Source of the DNA: the human T2T-CHM13v2.0 reference genome, Homo sapiens
Length of the DNA stretch: 64,000 bases
Direction: 5' to 3' (one strand)
Assembly (NCBI RefSeq): GCF_009914755.1
Contig: NC_060942.1
Shown here: positions 1-15,990 of the stretch, in pieces
Layout: every line of letters begins with the position of its first letter
How positions within the stretch are numbered: position 1 is the stretch's first letter
Made by a program: the position numbers and the translations under genes
Notes under the pieces: generated by a model
The model's database searches: none
What the model was told of the DNA's origin: nothing
Seen by the model: the letters and a program-made list of their open reading frames with translations, nothing else

Positions 1-149
1 TGAAAGCAAAATAAAATTTTAAAAAATAAAAGTATGCTGGCAGAAAACATGAAAAAATGATACAAATAATCATAAACCTCTATGGGTTAAATGTTTCAGT
101 GAGAAGAGAAAATATTTCTGATTAGCTATCAACTAAAATAAAATTCATG

Positions 150-1565
150 AACATTTGTGTAAAGTATGTATTTAACACAACATATAGACATATTGAGAAT
201 ATATGACTTGGAAAAGACATCCACGTCAAATAAGTATACTGGGGTGACAATTATATACTAGGCAAATAGCATCAAAGCAAGACAATTATAAGAAAAAAAT
301 GTCCTTATACACTGTCAGGAAAAACGTCAAGTTGATATAATTGTCCCAAATACATATGCAGCTAAAGTTTAGCCTCGAATTGTTTTTTAGAGTGAAAAAT
401 AACAGACATTGTGTTAAATAATAATTGTAGTTGGAAATTTTTAACACAGTCCTCTCAGAAACTGACTAAAACAGGTTTTAAAATTAGCAAATATTAAGAA
501 CATACGAGTAAAAGTCAGTTTATTTTAGATAAGTAGGGATTTAAATTCAACAAAAATAAACACATTTTAAACTCCTATAATACATTTATTTAAAATAAAT
601 ATATTTTTGCCAAAAGAAGTGTAAGTTCAAAGAGTTAACATACAGATTATATCCTATGAGATATAATAATATTAGAAACTGATATCCAAAGTAAAGCTTA
701 ATGTCACAGGTCTGAAAATTCAACAGTGCTTACAACAATAATACAGTTATTTAATACAGGGTTCTTAGATCAAATATGAAATTGTGAAAGTTTGCTATGT
801 ATAGTTTAATGACAAGTATATAATAACAAATATCTAAATCTTTCATCAACAGATGTCTGAATCTGTGGCCTGTTATAAAGTAAGGTTTAGACGAAAACTT
901 TCAGTTTTTAATACAACAGCACTAAATACTTGGTATAGAACACATAGTAAACTCAAGAAAAAGGAAAAATACATAAAGAAATTACTAGAACTCAAGCAGA
1001 CCAATAGAATAAGAATATTTATTAAAAGTAAATTCTAGTTAATTGAAAAAAAAAATTAGCCAGATAAACTTGTAGCAAGATGATGAGGAGCAATAAAAAA
1101 ATAGAAGTCCTACCAACAACATAAAGAATGAAATGCTGAGAAAATAGAGATAAAAACAGCGTAGAGAATATGAGCAACTGCATGTAAACAAATGTGAAAA
1201 CCAGGATGAAATGGATAAAGTTATTTTTTAAAAAAAACTGTAAAGTGCAAACATTCCTGAAGAAAAAAAATAATTTATTGATATACCCATAACCGTAAAT
1301 AAATGGAATTGCTGATTCTGCTCACTACCTCTCACTCCACCAAAATAAATACCTAAACGAGTGACTGCAGGCTGATTGAATGGACGAATACACAAATGAA
1401 TGAGTCCCTGGACAAAAATATATTACATCTAAAGTTTATGACATGTTGTACTTCTAAGGATGTGATAATCCCCTTTGCCTACAAGGTGTTCCAGAAAATT
1501 TTGTAAAAAGAGGAAAAACTGTAACACTAATTTCAAGAAGGTGGTGTAGCCTTGGCATCAAAATG
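150..1565 (+). mobile_element. Old, highly diverged L1 (L1M-class) ORF2 region fragments
   Basis: A-rich sequence with L1 ORF2-like text, e.g. 'aaacaaatgtgaaaaccaggatgaaatggataaag' near 1186-1220; no intact ORF; boundaries approximate. Confidence 0.6.
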
Positions 1566-1584
1566 AGATGCACCGAACTCTGGT

Positions 1585-1985
1585 GTTGTGTCCAGCATTA
1601 TCCTCCTGGGCATATGTCAAGGTCCATTGACCTGATCTCCAATGGCCTGCAACTGCAGACATTTTCTAAGGGCTTCTTCTAGCTGCTGGAGCCCACTTTA
1701 CTCAGCCTCACAGCAGGGAGAAGTGCCAACAACCTTCAAACAATGACTGCTGGGGTTTTGTCTCCCTCACCCATCACATAGTGCAGGCCTCCAGAGTTCC
1801 CAGCAGGGTGACCGACTAGTTTTGCATAGTACTGATGTGCTTGATAACAAACAGTTACATGGCTGTCTTCCTGTCCTGGTCTCAGTTCCCAATAGTCTCT
1901 GCTAGTATATTCTGGAAGAACCTCCGAAAAAACTATACTTAATTCTTATCCCAGGGTTTTTGTCATTGTTTTTCTTGGGAAAGGC
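1585..1985 (+). mobile_element. ERVL-class LTR (LTR16-like)
   Basis: Contains 'gcctccagagttcccagcaggg' and a pyrimidine-rich 3' half typical of LTR16; directly followed by an ERVL internal start. Confidence 0.6.
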
Positions 1986-1986
1986 A

Positions 1987-2600
1987 ATTGGTACCCAAAG
2001 TGTTCCCAGGATGGAGATTGCCTGGCTGGATTCTGGATGTGGACCACTCCCTGCCTGTATAGAGCAGGCATTCCATTGATGGGATTATTGGAACAGCAGT
2101 GCCCCGGCATGTTATCCCATCACAATTGCTAAGGCTTTTGCCTGTGGAAAACTGGGATAGAAAATAGAACAGTGTGCCCTGGTTTATGTCTTATCTCTAG
2201 TGTTTCTATATTAAAGTCAGACTCTGATAGGGAAGAAGTAGGACGTTAAGACCTGGGGTGGAGACTCCAGGGTGGCTGTGCTTGAGAATGTTGAACGCTC
2301 AGATTCCCCTAAGTCCTTTGCATCAGCACAAGTGTCTCATCTACACCTGCTAGAGAATAGCAGCCTCCCCTCATCTCAAACCCAGTAATTCCCCATCCTA
2401 AGGCAAAAGCCATACAGGATAATCTATACTTGCTGTCCTCAAGATCTGACCTCACCTCCCTTGATTGATTCTAAACCAATTATGAGGTTCAAGTCTCAGC
2501 ATGTCCTCACTGGGGAAATTCTGTTTCTGTCTGGGGAAAAAATAAAGATTATTAGCAGAACCTGAGAATGGATCTTGTGGGTGCTATATGCATTCAAAAC
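1987..2600 (+). mobile_element. ERVL internal fragment (ERV3-16A3_I-like 5' region)
   Basis: Starts 'ttggtaccc'; 'ggattctgga...caattgctaaggcttttgcctgtggaaaactgggat' resembles the recalled ERV3-16A3 internal start. Confidence 0.55.
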
Positions 2601-3400
2601 CAGCATCTCTAGCAGATTCACTGAGAGCCATTATTTTCTTGAAGTTTCAAGGAAACCTCCCAGTAGTTTAATAGTAGTTTATTATTAGTGCTTATGTACT
2701 TCAGGTGTCCTTGCTTAATTCAATCCTGAGTCACAAGCAAGTTCCCCAACATCAAAAATATCTTACTGATGCCTATATTTTGTCCCCACCACCCCTGTAT
2801 CCCAGCCTGGTAACTGCCTTTATATCTAGGTTTTGCTATTAATAGTAATTCTGTTACTATCAAGTTGAGTTCAGAAATAGGAAAATAGAACTAGTCATAC
2901 TTTCTCACGCCAAACACATAGTTTATTATATTCACACACAGTTTTCTCCTTTTGCCCCACAAAACAATGTTACGTTCAAAGTTCAATGAGGCATTCCTCA
3001 TAAAATTTAGATAGCTGGCATGACAATTCCTCATGAAACCTTATATACAATCTGAAAAATTGTCTCAACTTTAAAAATGGGAAAATATTTGTAACATTAC
3101 ATCTATAGAAGTTTATAGCACATGTTAGAGAAGATTCTCAAGAATTCCGGGTGATGGTCAAATTAATGCCCAATACATTATTTCTGGGAATCTGTGGTCA
3201 TAACACTCACCTTAGTGAGTAGGTATTTATCTTTTGTTGTTATTTTGGTTTCTCCTGAATTATTTTTCAAAGTGACAAAGTCATCCAGGGAAGAACAAAG
3301 CTCATATATAAAATATTTTTTTTAGTTTTATCTTTTCTTTTCAATAATATTCTGTATTGAATAAACAGAGTAAATTTGCAAGGAAGTGAGAGAATGTTGG

Positions 3401-3775
3401 TGATATGGTTTGGCTCTGTGTCCCCACTCAAATCTCAGCTCAAATTGTCAACCCCATGCACATGTCGAGGGAAGATCCTGGTGGGAGGTGATTGGCTCAT
3501 GGAATCCATTTCCCCGATTATGTTCCCGATGCTGTTCTCATGATAGGGAGGGAGTTCTCACAAGATCTGATGGTTTAAGCGTGGCAGTTTCCCCTGAGCT
3601 CTCCTTCCTGCTGGTATGTAAGGCGTGCTTTGCTTCCTCTTCACCTTCCGCCATGATTGTACATTTCCTGAGGCCTCCCCAGCCATGCAGAACTGTGAGT
3701 CAATTAAACCTCTTTTCTTTATAAATTAACCAGTCTCTGGTATTCTTTATAGCAGTGTGAAAATGGACTTATACA
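3401..3775 (+). mobile_element. THE1D-like MaLR solo LTR
   Basis: Runs 'tgatatggtttggctctgtgtcccc' to 'ggacttataca'; exact 5-bp TSD GTTGG at 3396-3400 and 3776-3780. Confidence 0.92.
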
Positions 3776-3823
3776 GTTGGGTTAATTCATGTAGAGTCAG
3801 TGTGCTGTACAAAAATACACTTC

Positions 3824-4123
3824 TTTTTTTTTTTATTATACTTTAAGTTTTAGGGTACATGTGCACATTGTGCAGGTTAGTTACGTATGTATACATGTGC
3901 TATGCTGGTGTGCTGCACCCACTAACTCGTCATCTAGCATTAGGTATATCTCCCAATGCTATCCCTCCCCCTCCCCCCACCCCACAACAGTCCTCAGTGT
4001 GTGATATTCCCCTTCCTGTGTCCATGTGATCTCATTGTTCAATTCCCACCTATGAGTGAGAATATGCGGTGTTTGGTTTTTTGTTCTTGCGATAGTTTAC
4101 TGAGAATGATGATTTCCAATTTC
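3824..4123 (-). mobile_element. 5'-truncated young L1 3' end (L1PA2-like)
   Basis: poly(T) then 'tatactttaagttttagggtacatgtgcacattgtgcagg...cactaactcgtcatctagc...tgtgatctcattg'; carries the GAG rather than the Ta-type ACA diagnostic. Confidence 0.92.
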
Positions 4124-4440
4124 TTATACAGCCACAGAATATGTTTTGCACAACCAAGGCCAACTTAAATAGGAATATTCATAGTACAGATTACTTTTTT
4201 AAAATATTGTTTTCTGATAATTTAGGTCTGTAAAATAGGGAAAAGAATTAAATGAAAATATAGGTGTAAAGATAGATGATAGATGTGGATAAAGAGCTAG
4301 TAAATAATCTTATGTTGGAATTTAATACCTTATTTGTCTAGCATTTACTAAGTACCGTCCTATCCATGTTTTTGAAATAAAGGTTTTATCTTTACTTAGG
4401 AAACTTATGTATTACTTAAAAAGAAGAAAAGAAACGTGTT

Positions 4441-4542
4441 CTTACTCTTTCACCTAGGCTGGAGTGCAGTGGTGTGATCATAGCTCACTGCCTCTGCCTT
4501 CCTAATAGCTGAGATTACAAGTGTGCACCACTATGCCCAGCT
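4441..4542 (-). mobile_element. Old Alu monomer fragment (FLAM/AluJ-like) with internal deletion
   Basis: 'aggctggagtgcagtggtgtgatcatagctcactgc...gctgagattacaagtgtgcaccactatgcccagc'. Confidence 0.8.
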
Positions 4543-6367
4543 TACATTACTTTAAAGATAAAATGCATTGCTCTTGTTACCCTCTGCAATAAGTATTTTT
4601 TATTATGTATTCTTAATGTATACCTTTAACTCATATTCTTTTATTTTAGGCATACAACTTAGGATTCATAACTACATATATACGGATAGAAGTGCATGAA
4701 CAGAAAATCTGCCCTTCTGGAATACCAAATGCAAAATTAAAGTGACTACAAGCAGAATTTGGAGAAAAAAATAAAAGATGCAATATAGTTTTTAAAATCA
4801 TTGTTAAAATATAATGAGTCTGTACTTTGCTTAAACAATAAAAAAGTCTTCGATTTATACTGAATTCTGTTTTATTTTGGATAAGCTAATAATCTTGAAA
4901 ATGTCTTCTGTGTCATTTTGGTTTTATTCTAGTGAAACTCCCATTTATGTAGTGCAAATTATATACAAAACTGTGTTCCCTAAGGGGATCCCTTTAATAG
5001 AAACACCCAAACTCATTCAACTCTTGTCCTTTGTAGTAGCTATTTAATAAGTCTATGCTATACATTCTAGGAATATCTGAAATTATGAAATTTGTCAATT
5101 CTTCTTACAATTATGATCCTCAATATAACTCAGCATAAGTCTGACTGTGCTTCTGAAGTCAGTTAGTTTATTTACTGTTATCCATGCTTAGGTGGAGAGA
5201 GAATTTCCAGGTGCTCAATTACTCTGTGAGATAAGAATTTGTTAGCAACTCTATCAGGTCATCTTTTTAAATAAGTTTTAAGAGTACATCAGAGAAAAAT
5301 AGGTAGCATGAAATCAGATTTGGCTGTTCTTTGTTGTAGGAAACTCCATTTGATAAAGAAAGCTAAGACATAACACATCGACACACAAAGAAGCTTACTA
5401 AATTTATCAATGGAATAAAACATGAAATCAATAAAAGTCAAACTCATCAAATTATTTTTCTCATTTAGATTCGTCTTGACATAAAACAAATGGATCATGA
5501 TACATCCCAAGAGAGACTTAGGGTAGGGAGCACTTAAGGTAAACTCACTTTTAGAAGAGAGTTTATGAGGATGCCAGTTTTCAAGGATCATGATATCTTA
5601 TTACATGTTTCTGTAACTTTCAAAAATTTATAAATTCCATAACTGGTTGATATACCTACCCCACTTTAAACATATAGGTACAATTAGTTAAAGATAATAA
5701 AGTAAAACAGGAAGATGTTTTAAGTGATCAGAATAGCTTAATAATCTATCCTAAGTGGGTGAATACAATTCTTGATAAATTGTCCTAAAAGGTGCTGGTG
5801 TATGCCCTTTAAAAAAACCTTTGTTTTCATTAAATTATAGAAAAACTAATATGTTGATTTTATTCTAAATTGCAGAATTAAGTGTCTAACAGATTTCTGA
5901 TTAAACGTGCAAAGGATGGATATATTTTCGATAACTTTTATTTTTTAAAATACTGCATCTACTCTCAACTTTCAAGTAATATTTGCACTAAATGTATAAT
6001 TCTACACTATAATTGTGTAGAAATTTGATTTTTCATTGTAGTCCAGATCTCAGTTATTACTAACATTTCGTGCTGATTCCTAAAGCTTAGTAACTGTTTC
6101 TTTTCCCTGTGGTGACCTTAAGGCGTTTCTCAATTTTATTCAGAATGCAGTTCCCCAACATCTTTCAATCGGAAACTCCTGACTTTTGGGAAGATGTATC
6201 CTCAGATTGGTTTATGTTATGAATCTTGTTTTTGCCTATGTGCACTTTTAAAATGGTCTACAATTAGCATATTAATTGCGATGATAGAAAGTGAAATGTA
6301 TCTGTTCATGTATGTCTTTAGCAGTTGCAGGCAGCATTCCAACCCCAAAAAAGTGTCAGAAGTTTCT

Positions 6368-6452
6368 TTATTTTATTTTATTATTATTATACTTTAGGTT
6401 TTAGGGTACATGTGCACAATGTGCAGGTTACTTACATATGTATACATGTGCC
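6368..6452 (-). mobile_element. Extremely 5'-truncated L1PA insertion (about 85 bp)
   Basis: L1 terminal sequence 'tatactttaggttttagggtacatgtgcac...'; perfect 16-bp TSD AGTGTCAGAAGTTTCT at 6352-6367 and 6453-6468. Confidence 0.93.
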
Positions 6453-7029
6453 AGTGTCAGAAGTTTCTATTTCTACCCATCGTCTGTTTTGAGTCAGTGA
6501 GGAAAAGTATTGGCATAAGCTTCTCAGCACAGAGGTGAGCTCCTCCTCACCTTTCCTTGGCAATCACTGAGTCACATACTCCTGCCTAAATTAGTCCCTG
6601 GTCAGGGAAGAAGAATCAAGATGAGTGGCAGAAAAATCAGATCCATTTCCTCTCTGTCCAGGGGTTTTTCGCTCTTCGTTTAGGACAGGAGCTGATGTAG
6701 GTGAGGGTCCAGTAATTAATGTGTGTGTTGCACATTTCCTACTTAATGAATGTTAGTTTCTACTTAGTTACCCTATTCTTTCCCTGCCATTGCATCCTGG
6801 GTATGTTGAGAGTGGATAATTTGTCTTGTTTCCCCTAGGGAAAGCAAAGTATAACGAATAATTTGGAATTTGATGGAGCAAACTATACACAGCCATGAGA
6901 TCCCGAACTTGAAGCTGAAGCAGTAAAAGGGTGAAAACATGGGGATTTTGTGTGGGATGAGTGCATTTATTGTAAACATGTATTTTAATGTATGTATAGG
7001 ATGAAGGGTATGAGTGGATGCTGTATATC

Positions 7030-7374
7030 TCTATTATTCTGTTTTCACACTGCTGATAAAGACATACCCAAGACTGGGCAATTTACAAAAGAAACAGGTT
7101 TAATGGACTTACAGTTCCACATGGCTGGGGAAGCCTCACAATTATAGTGGAAGGCAAGGAGGAGCAAGTCATGTCTTGCATGGATGGCAGCAGGCAAAAA
7201 GAAGAGAGCTTGTACAGGGAAACTCCCATCAGATCTCATGAGACTCATTCACTATCATGAGAACAGCATGGGAAAGACCTGCCCCCGTGATTCAATTACC
7301 TCCCACAGGGTCCCTCCCACAATACATGGGAATTCAAGATGAGTTACGGGTGGTGACACACCCAAACCATATCA
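7030..7374 (-). mobile_element. THE1B-like MaLR solo LTR
   Basis: 'gttttcacactgctgataaagacataccc...ccaaaccatatca'; TSD ATATC at 7025-7029 and 7375-7379. Confidence 0.92.
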
Positions 7375-7699
7375 ATATCTAAAGGGAAGTCGAAATAGGC
7401 ATTGATAGTTACTATATAGTCATTAATTGCTCACTTTGTAGGTGCTAATTCAACCCCAATTTTTGAAGGTATTTATTTCTTTGCTTAGAATTTCAGCACA
7501 AACAATATTAAAATTCATGATGATAATGCTTTAACTGCTGCCAATGTTTGTGCTGGACACGATTGTAATTTTTCTAGGAAAAGTCTACCTTGATCTTAGA
7601 GAAACTAGAAAGAGATTTACTTTCTCTTTCATAACTGTTATTATATGAATCTTATGCTATTTCAACTGTGTTCCAACAATAATGTTATGGTTCTCTTGC

Positions 7700-7905
7700 A
7701 ATCCTGAGTCTGAAGATCCAACCCACATATGGAGGAAAGAGGAAAAAGCCAAGAGAAGAACATCCATGACGACCCAGAGCCCAGGAATGGGGGACCTGGA
7801 GGCTGCCGGATCCCTGAATTTCCTGTTATTAAAAAAAGATAAAATTTCTCTATTGTTTAAGTCGTGATTAGCTGGATCTTCTTTTACATTTAACTAAAAG
7901 TTTCA
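7700..7905 (+). mobile_element. Old MLT1-type LTR 3' fragment
   Basis: 'aaatttctctattgtttaagtc...ttttacatttaactaaaag' resembles MLT1 3' ends. Confidence 0.4.
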
Positions 7906-8559
7906 AAACTGTAATCCTCAAAACAATATTCAAAATCTGCCTTTTGGCTTAGAAGTTTCTTTTGTCAGTGTATATATATGTCCACTAGAATGAGGCTATA
8001 TTAAATTTATGTATCAACAGAATTAATCACTTAAAACATGAAAACATTATTTTTAGACAACATGTATTTAAAATGACATTTTTATTGACATCTAGTCAAT
8101 ACATAAGTAGTACACAAAGATTTATAAATATGGAGATAGTAGCATTTAAAGGCCATTATTTTATTGTTGCCAAAATAAGAGAAATTAGGAGAAACATAAA
8201 GTGCAGTCAATTTATAATCTCTATTCCAAATGAGAATCTATAATCTTTATATAGAACTAATCTGTTTATTTAAATGGACTATGGAAATTAGTTTTGTCAA
8301 AGGAGAGGAGGATAAAAATAACTTCTAAATAGCACACATGGAAAATGTGTGGCCATATATATGAAGAAATTATTTATCTGGTTTAACTAAAATATTGAAG
8401 AAGAAAATGAATGCAAAAAAGCATTTGTATAAATACAAAAATATTTTGCTAATATTACCACCATAAGGGAACACCTATAGACCTCATTTAAAATCTGTTA
8501 AGTAGACCAACAAAAGATATTTTCAATTACTTAAATGAAACAAGTACCTGGTTTGCTTT

Positions 8560-10490
8560 AATTTATACTTTGAATGCTCAAGTCAGTAAAAATAAAGCAA
8601 CAGACACTTGTATCAGAAACAGCAATGCAGGGTTGGTTTAATCTTTGAACAAATCAGTGCAATTTCTCACATTAACGAAAAAAGGGAAAATTATTATTAT
8701 TTTAATAGAAGCATAAAAATTACTAAGAAAATTTCAAAGGCTATCCCCAGTAAAAGCAAACTGGGAGCAAATTGGGAGTAAACTGTGTCTTCCTTAATGC
8801 AATAAATATATTAATGATAAAACTGTAGTGGTTGGCATTCCTAATGAAAAACTATTGAAATAATTTCTTTCTACTAGTTCAATATTGTGCTGGAAGTCTA
8901 ACTAAAGGCAAGCAGAATAAAATGTAAGATTTAGACAAAGTTAAATAAAACTACCAATATTTGATGACAATATAATTGTGTGTATAGAAATTCCAAAAGA
9001 ATTTACCAGTAAAGTATGACAATTAAGAAGAGTCAGTAGGCTGGGGGTGGTGACTCATGCCTGGAATCCCAGCACTTTGGGAGGCCGAGTCAGGTGGATC
9101 AAGAGGTCAGGAGTTCAAGACCAGCCTGGGAAACATAGTGAAACCCCATCTCTACTAAAAATACAAAAAAAATTAGCCAGGCCTGGTGACGGGCACTGGT
9201 AGTCCCAGCTAATTGTGGGGGCTCAGGCAGGAGAATCACTTGCACCTGGGAGGCAGAGGTTGCAGTAAACCCATTGTACTCCAGCCTGGGCAACACAGTG
9301 AGACTCAGTCTTTAAAAAAAAAAAAAGTAAAACAAGGTCACTGGCTATAAAAATCAACATTAGAATTATATATGTGTATGTATGTCTGCAAGTAACATAA
9401 TGCTTGCACATACACACATGTACACACACATAATAAAGATACAGTTTTAATAGCATCACAAATGTAAAATATCTAGGAATTAACCTGACAAAAAATATGC
9501 AAGGCTTTTACACAGAAAATGATAGAATATTATTGAGAGAACATGAAGAAGATTTTTTAAGCGAAAATATTTAACATTTTCATGGACTAGAAGACAATTT
9601 GTGAAGACATTAATTGGAGCCGATAACTTTATATATAGATCCAATGTAATCCTTACGAAAATCTCAACTATTTTGAGACAATGGCAAACTGATTTTAAAA
9701 TTTAAATAGAAGTGTTACAAGCCAGGAATGTTCCAGTTTCTCCTGAAGAACAAGAAAGTGGGAGAGTATAAGTATCAAGATTATTATAAATCTGTATAAT
9801 TGATACAGTGTGTTTTTAGTTCATGAAGAGAGAAATGTACCAATGAAACAAATAATAAGGTCTAGGAATAGATCCATGAACACAAGGTATAGTTGATTTG
9901 TAACAAACATAACAACAAAAACGGAGAAAATTAAGAGTCTTTCAAAAAATGGTGCTAATTATACAGGCTGAAAATAAAAAGAAAGTTGATCTCTCCCCAA
10001 TATATATGAATAAAAAAATTTTTAAAAATAAAATTGTTAAGAGGGTAGGTCTCAATACAAAAAAAGTACCTTAAAAATTAAAAAAGAAAATATTGGAATG
10101 AGTAAACAGTTTTAGGTCTATTCTTCAAATGGTATGATACACAGCAATAAAATGGAACGTCAATTGTGAGTAAAAACATGGACAAATCTCATTAGCAATG
10201 TTGAGCCAAAGAAGCCAGACACCAAAGAATGTTCACTTTAGGATTCCAGTTGTGTAAAATTCAGAAAGAATAAAAATTTCCCATAGAGTCGCAAGGCCAG
10301 AGAATGGTTTCCAAATAGCAGGATGAAGGCAATCAAAGAAATGTAATGGAGGTTTTTGGGGTGCTGGCAATATTTTTTTTTATATCAAGGGTTAAATAAA
10401 TACTGTTTTGCTTTGTGATAATTTATTGATCTGGATATTTATTTTCATTCTGTCTATATTATGTTTAATGCTTTAATAAAAATATATTCA
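8560..10490 (+). mobile_element. Old L1 (L1ME/L1M) ORF2 and 3' fragments, interrupted by an Alu
   Basis: 'ttcaatattgtgctggaagtc', 'aaatatctaggaattaacctgacaaaaaatatgcaagg', 'aaagaagccagacaccaaagaatg'. Confidence 0.7.
9039..9326 (+). mobile_element. Alu (AluS-like)
   Basis: Dimeric Alu with central A-rich linker and poly(A) tail. Confidence 0.93.
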
Positions 10491-11039
10491 CATCACAAAA
10501 AGTGGGAAAAAGCATGAAGTATTACTACAGACAAAGCAGAACTAAAGTAATTTGACAAAAGTATAGTAAAAGTGAGCAGCAAAACTGATTTTTTAAATTT
10601 AAAATAGCCAGAAATTCAGTCAAAACTGACCATTCTGACAAACCAGAAGATACATAATAAAATATGCAAATTATGAGATAAAATGGGTAAAAACAAAAGC
10701 TAGAGATAAAAAAAGAAAAAGAAAAGCATCCTTAGGACTGGAAATCTGAAATCTAGACTGCATAGTAAAATATAAATGACCATATATGGTCCGAAAACAC
10801 ATTACAAAGCTGAATAGGCCAATAAAGTGAGAAAAAATAGAAAAGTTTGTTAAAAATTATCCTCTTTCAATATGTCTCTTCCTTTCCAAAATAATTTATT
10901 AGGTTCAGCTACTTTTATGAGGAGATTTATATAATATTCAAGAAATAGTTGACTTTTAGTTTAAAATTTTCTTCATGTGAAGAAAAAAATTTTAAACATC
11001 ACAAACTTCCACAAAAAGAAGCAGACTCTTCAAAAAATG

Positions 11040-12750
<1,711 letters not shown>

Positions 12751-12757
12751 TCCTGGA

Positions 12758-13483
<726 letters not shown>

Positions 13484-13509
13484 TCATATCAAGGAGTGAT
13501 ACTAGAATT

Positions 13510-13710
13510 TATTTCTTCAACAAATATTTACTGAATATCTTCCATGCACAAGGTACAGTTTTAGATGCAGTGTTTGCTGTGGTTGAAAAGACAGAAGGAT
13601 CATTCTAGAAAGAGATGTAACAAAAAATAATCACATAAATGAGCAAGATAACTTCAGTTGGTATTAGTGCTATACAGGAAATGAAATAAGGGGCAGAGTT
13701 GAAAACCGAC
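13510..13710 (-). mobile_element. L2 3' end fragment
   Basis: 'ttcaacaaatatttactgaatatct' is the typical L2 tail in reverse. Confidence 0.7.
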
Positions 13711-14914
13711 ATATGTTTTATAGTCTGTTACTGTAGTTTTCTAGCATACGAAATAGATAGTTGGTTAATATACAATTATCATTGCAAATAGTCCTTTGGG
13801 TTCAATAATACTCAATGCAGCATTTAGCTATATTCATAAAGCCCTAAGGTGAACCTCCATTTCGCTCCTATTTTATGCAGATACTTAGATCAACGGGCTT
13901 TATCTGAATTAGATTTCACTTATTAGGGCTAAGAGGGCAAAAGAGTGAAGTAAGTTGCTACTACAGTTGTCCTCTGTGGATTTTGCCACTCAATATCCTT
14001 TCATCTTTTTCCTGGTAAAAGCACCCTGATGTTTTTCTGAGGAATCATGTTCCCCATTGTTATTCGATAAGCATTGTAGAAATTTGGTTTCACTCCTGAT
14101 TCCATGGTTACATGGATTTGTGGTCATGCAACTAATGCATTAAATTTGATGGTTAAAGTAACTGATCACAACATGCCACCAAATCAGGCAAATGAGATAT
14201 AATGACACTATTTACACTATTTCTATCAAATATTCAGATCGACGCCATTGGTCCAGGTATCTGCATAAAATAGCAGCCAAACTGATGTTTATCTTAGGGC
14301 TTTACTATATATCTAAATGGTCTGTTGAGCGTTATTGGACCTATTGAACTATTTCGTTATGAAAAGACATTATATCACTAGATTATAAAGCTATATCATA
14401 TGAGATATTAATAATATAGGTTGGCTTGAAAAGAAGCAGGCAGCTTTTGAGGCTGCAAGCTGTCACAGAGGAAGGAACAAGCCTGGGATGGCAAGGAGTG
14501 GCAGAGTAAAACCAGTGTAGTGAAAATCAGAACGCAAGAAAATCATTCCAAATAATTTCAGCATCTGAATTAAATTGTGCCTAAAGTCTATTCCTGCGTT
14601 TTTAGTTTTAAAATAGGTTCAATTTCAGTTTTTAATAGGTCCAATTTTTAAAAAGTTAGTTTGCACAGATTTATCCTTACTTGCACAGGAAAGAAATCCT
14701 AACTGATTTAACACTATTTAAAGCATTTTTGTCTAATAAAATCTAGTCGCAGTCATGTTGTGCAGATGTTGTAGTATAGAGTCTAAACTCTAGTTTCTGT
14801 CCTGCCAGGAGGTGGACTTGAAAATGAAGAATACAGATAATCCATTGGTTGTTGTGTTATGTGGTATCTTTTTTTCACCTGTTTTTCTGGGTTTGAAATG
14901 TTTGTTTGAACTGA

Positions 14915-15990
14915 ATTTTTTTTAACTGTGGAAAGGAATATGAAGCTCCAAATCTACTTTCTTAACAAACTTTGAAGTGTACAGTACAGTATTTTTGCAA
15001 TAAGCACTACGTTGTACAGCAAATCTCTAGAAGATTTTTTACCTCTCATAACTGAAACTCTATGCCCACCGACCAGCAACTCCCATTTTCCCCTCCTTCC
15101 ACAGCCTCTGGTAGCCACCGTTATTTTCTACTTCTATGAGTTTGATTACTTAAGATAACTCAAGTAAGTGGAATCATGCAGAATTTGTCTTACATGACAG
15201 GCTTCTTTCCATTAGCATAATGTCCTCAAGTTTCACTCATGTTGTTGCATATGACAAGATTTCCTTATTTTATAAGGCCTAATGATATTCCATTGCATGT
15301 ATACTGCATCCTTTTTTAGCCTTTTATATGTCCATGGACATTTAGGTTGTTTCCACTTTTTGGCTATTGTGAATATTGTTGGAATGAACATGGGAGTGCA
15401 AATATCTCTTTAAGATCCTGTGTTCAATTATTTAGAACAAATATCCAGCATTGGGATTGCCACATCCCACTGTAGTTCTATTTTTAATTTCCTGAGGAGA
15501 CCCCATACTGGTTGGCTTAGATACCATTTTACATCTCCACCAACAGTGTACCAAGGTTCCAATTTCATCACATCCTCACCAACAATGTTATTTTCTGCCT
15601 TTTTTAAAAAAGTTATTTTATATAATGGCCAGCCTAACAGGTGTGAAGTAATGTTTTATTCTATTTTGTATTTGAATTTCTCTGGTGATTAATGATATTG
15701 AACATCTTTTCATATACCTGTTGTTCATTTGTATGTCTTCTTTTAAGAAACGTCTATTTAAATTCTTAGTCCATTTTTAATTGGGCTATTTGTAGGGTAT
15801 TTTTTTACTGTTGCATTGTACAAATTTAATATCTAAATTATATATTTTAGATATTAGCCCCTTATCAGATATGTGGTTTGCAAATATTTTCTCCCAATCC
15901 ACAGGTTGCCTTTTCACTCTGTTGATTGTTTCCTTTGTTGCACAGAAGCTTCTCAGTTTGTGCAGTCATGCTTTTCTATTTTTCTTTTAT
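14915..15990 (-). mobile_element. L1MB-class 3' end (L1MB3-like)
   Basis: 'tttgaagtgtacagtacagtatt...ttgtacagcaaatctctagaa...ataactgaaactc' continuing into reverse ORF2 3' text. Confidence 0.85.

Noticed and set aside
3824-4123. Human-specific L1HS-Ta insertion
   Set aside because: It has GAG ('taactcgtca' on +) rather than the ACA Ta diagnostic.
5289-5591. 100-aa ORF in unique sequence
   Set aside because: No recognisable homology; the composition is typical of chance ORFs in AT-rich DNA.
6000-6022. TTCTACAC/GTGTAGAA inverted repeat
   Set aside because: Arms of 8 bp are expected by chance in 64 kb of AT-rich sequence.
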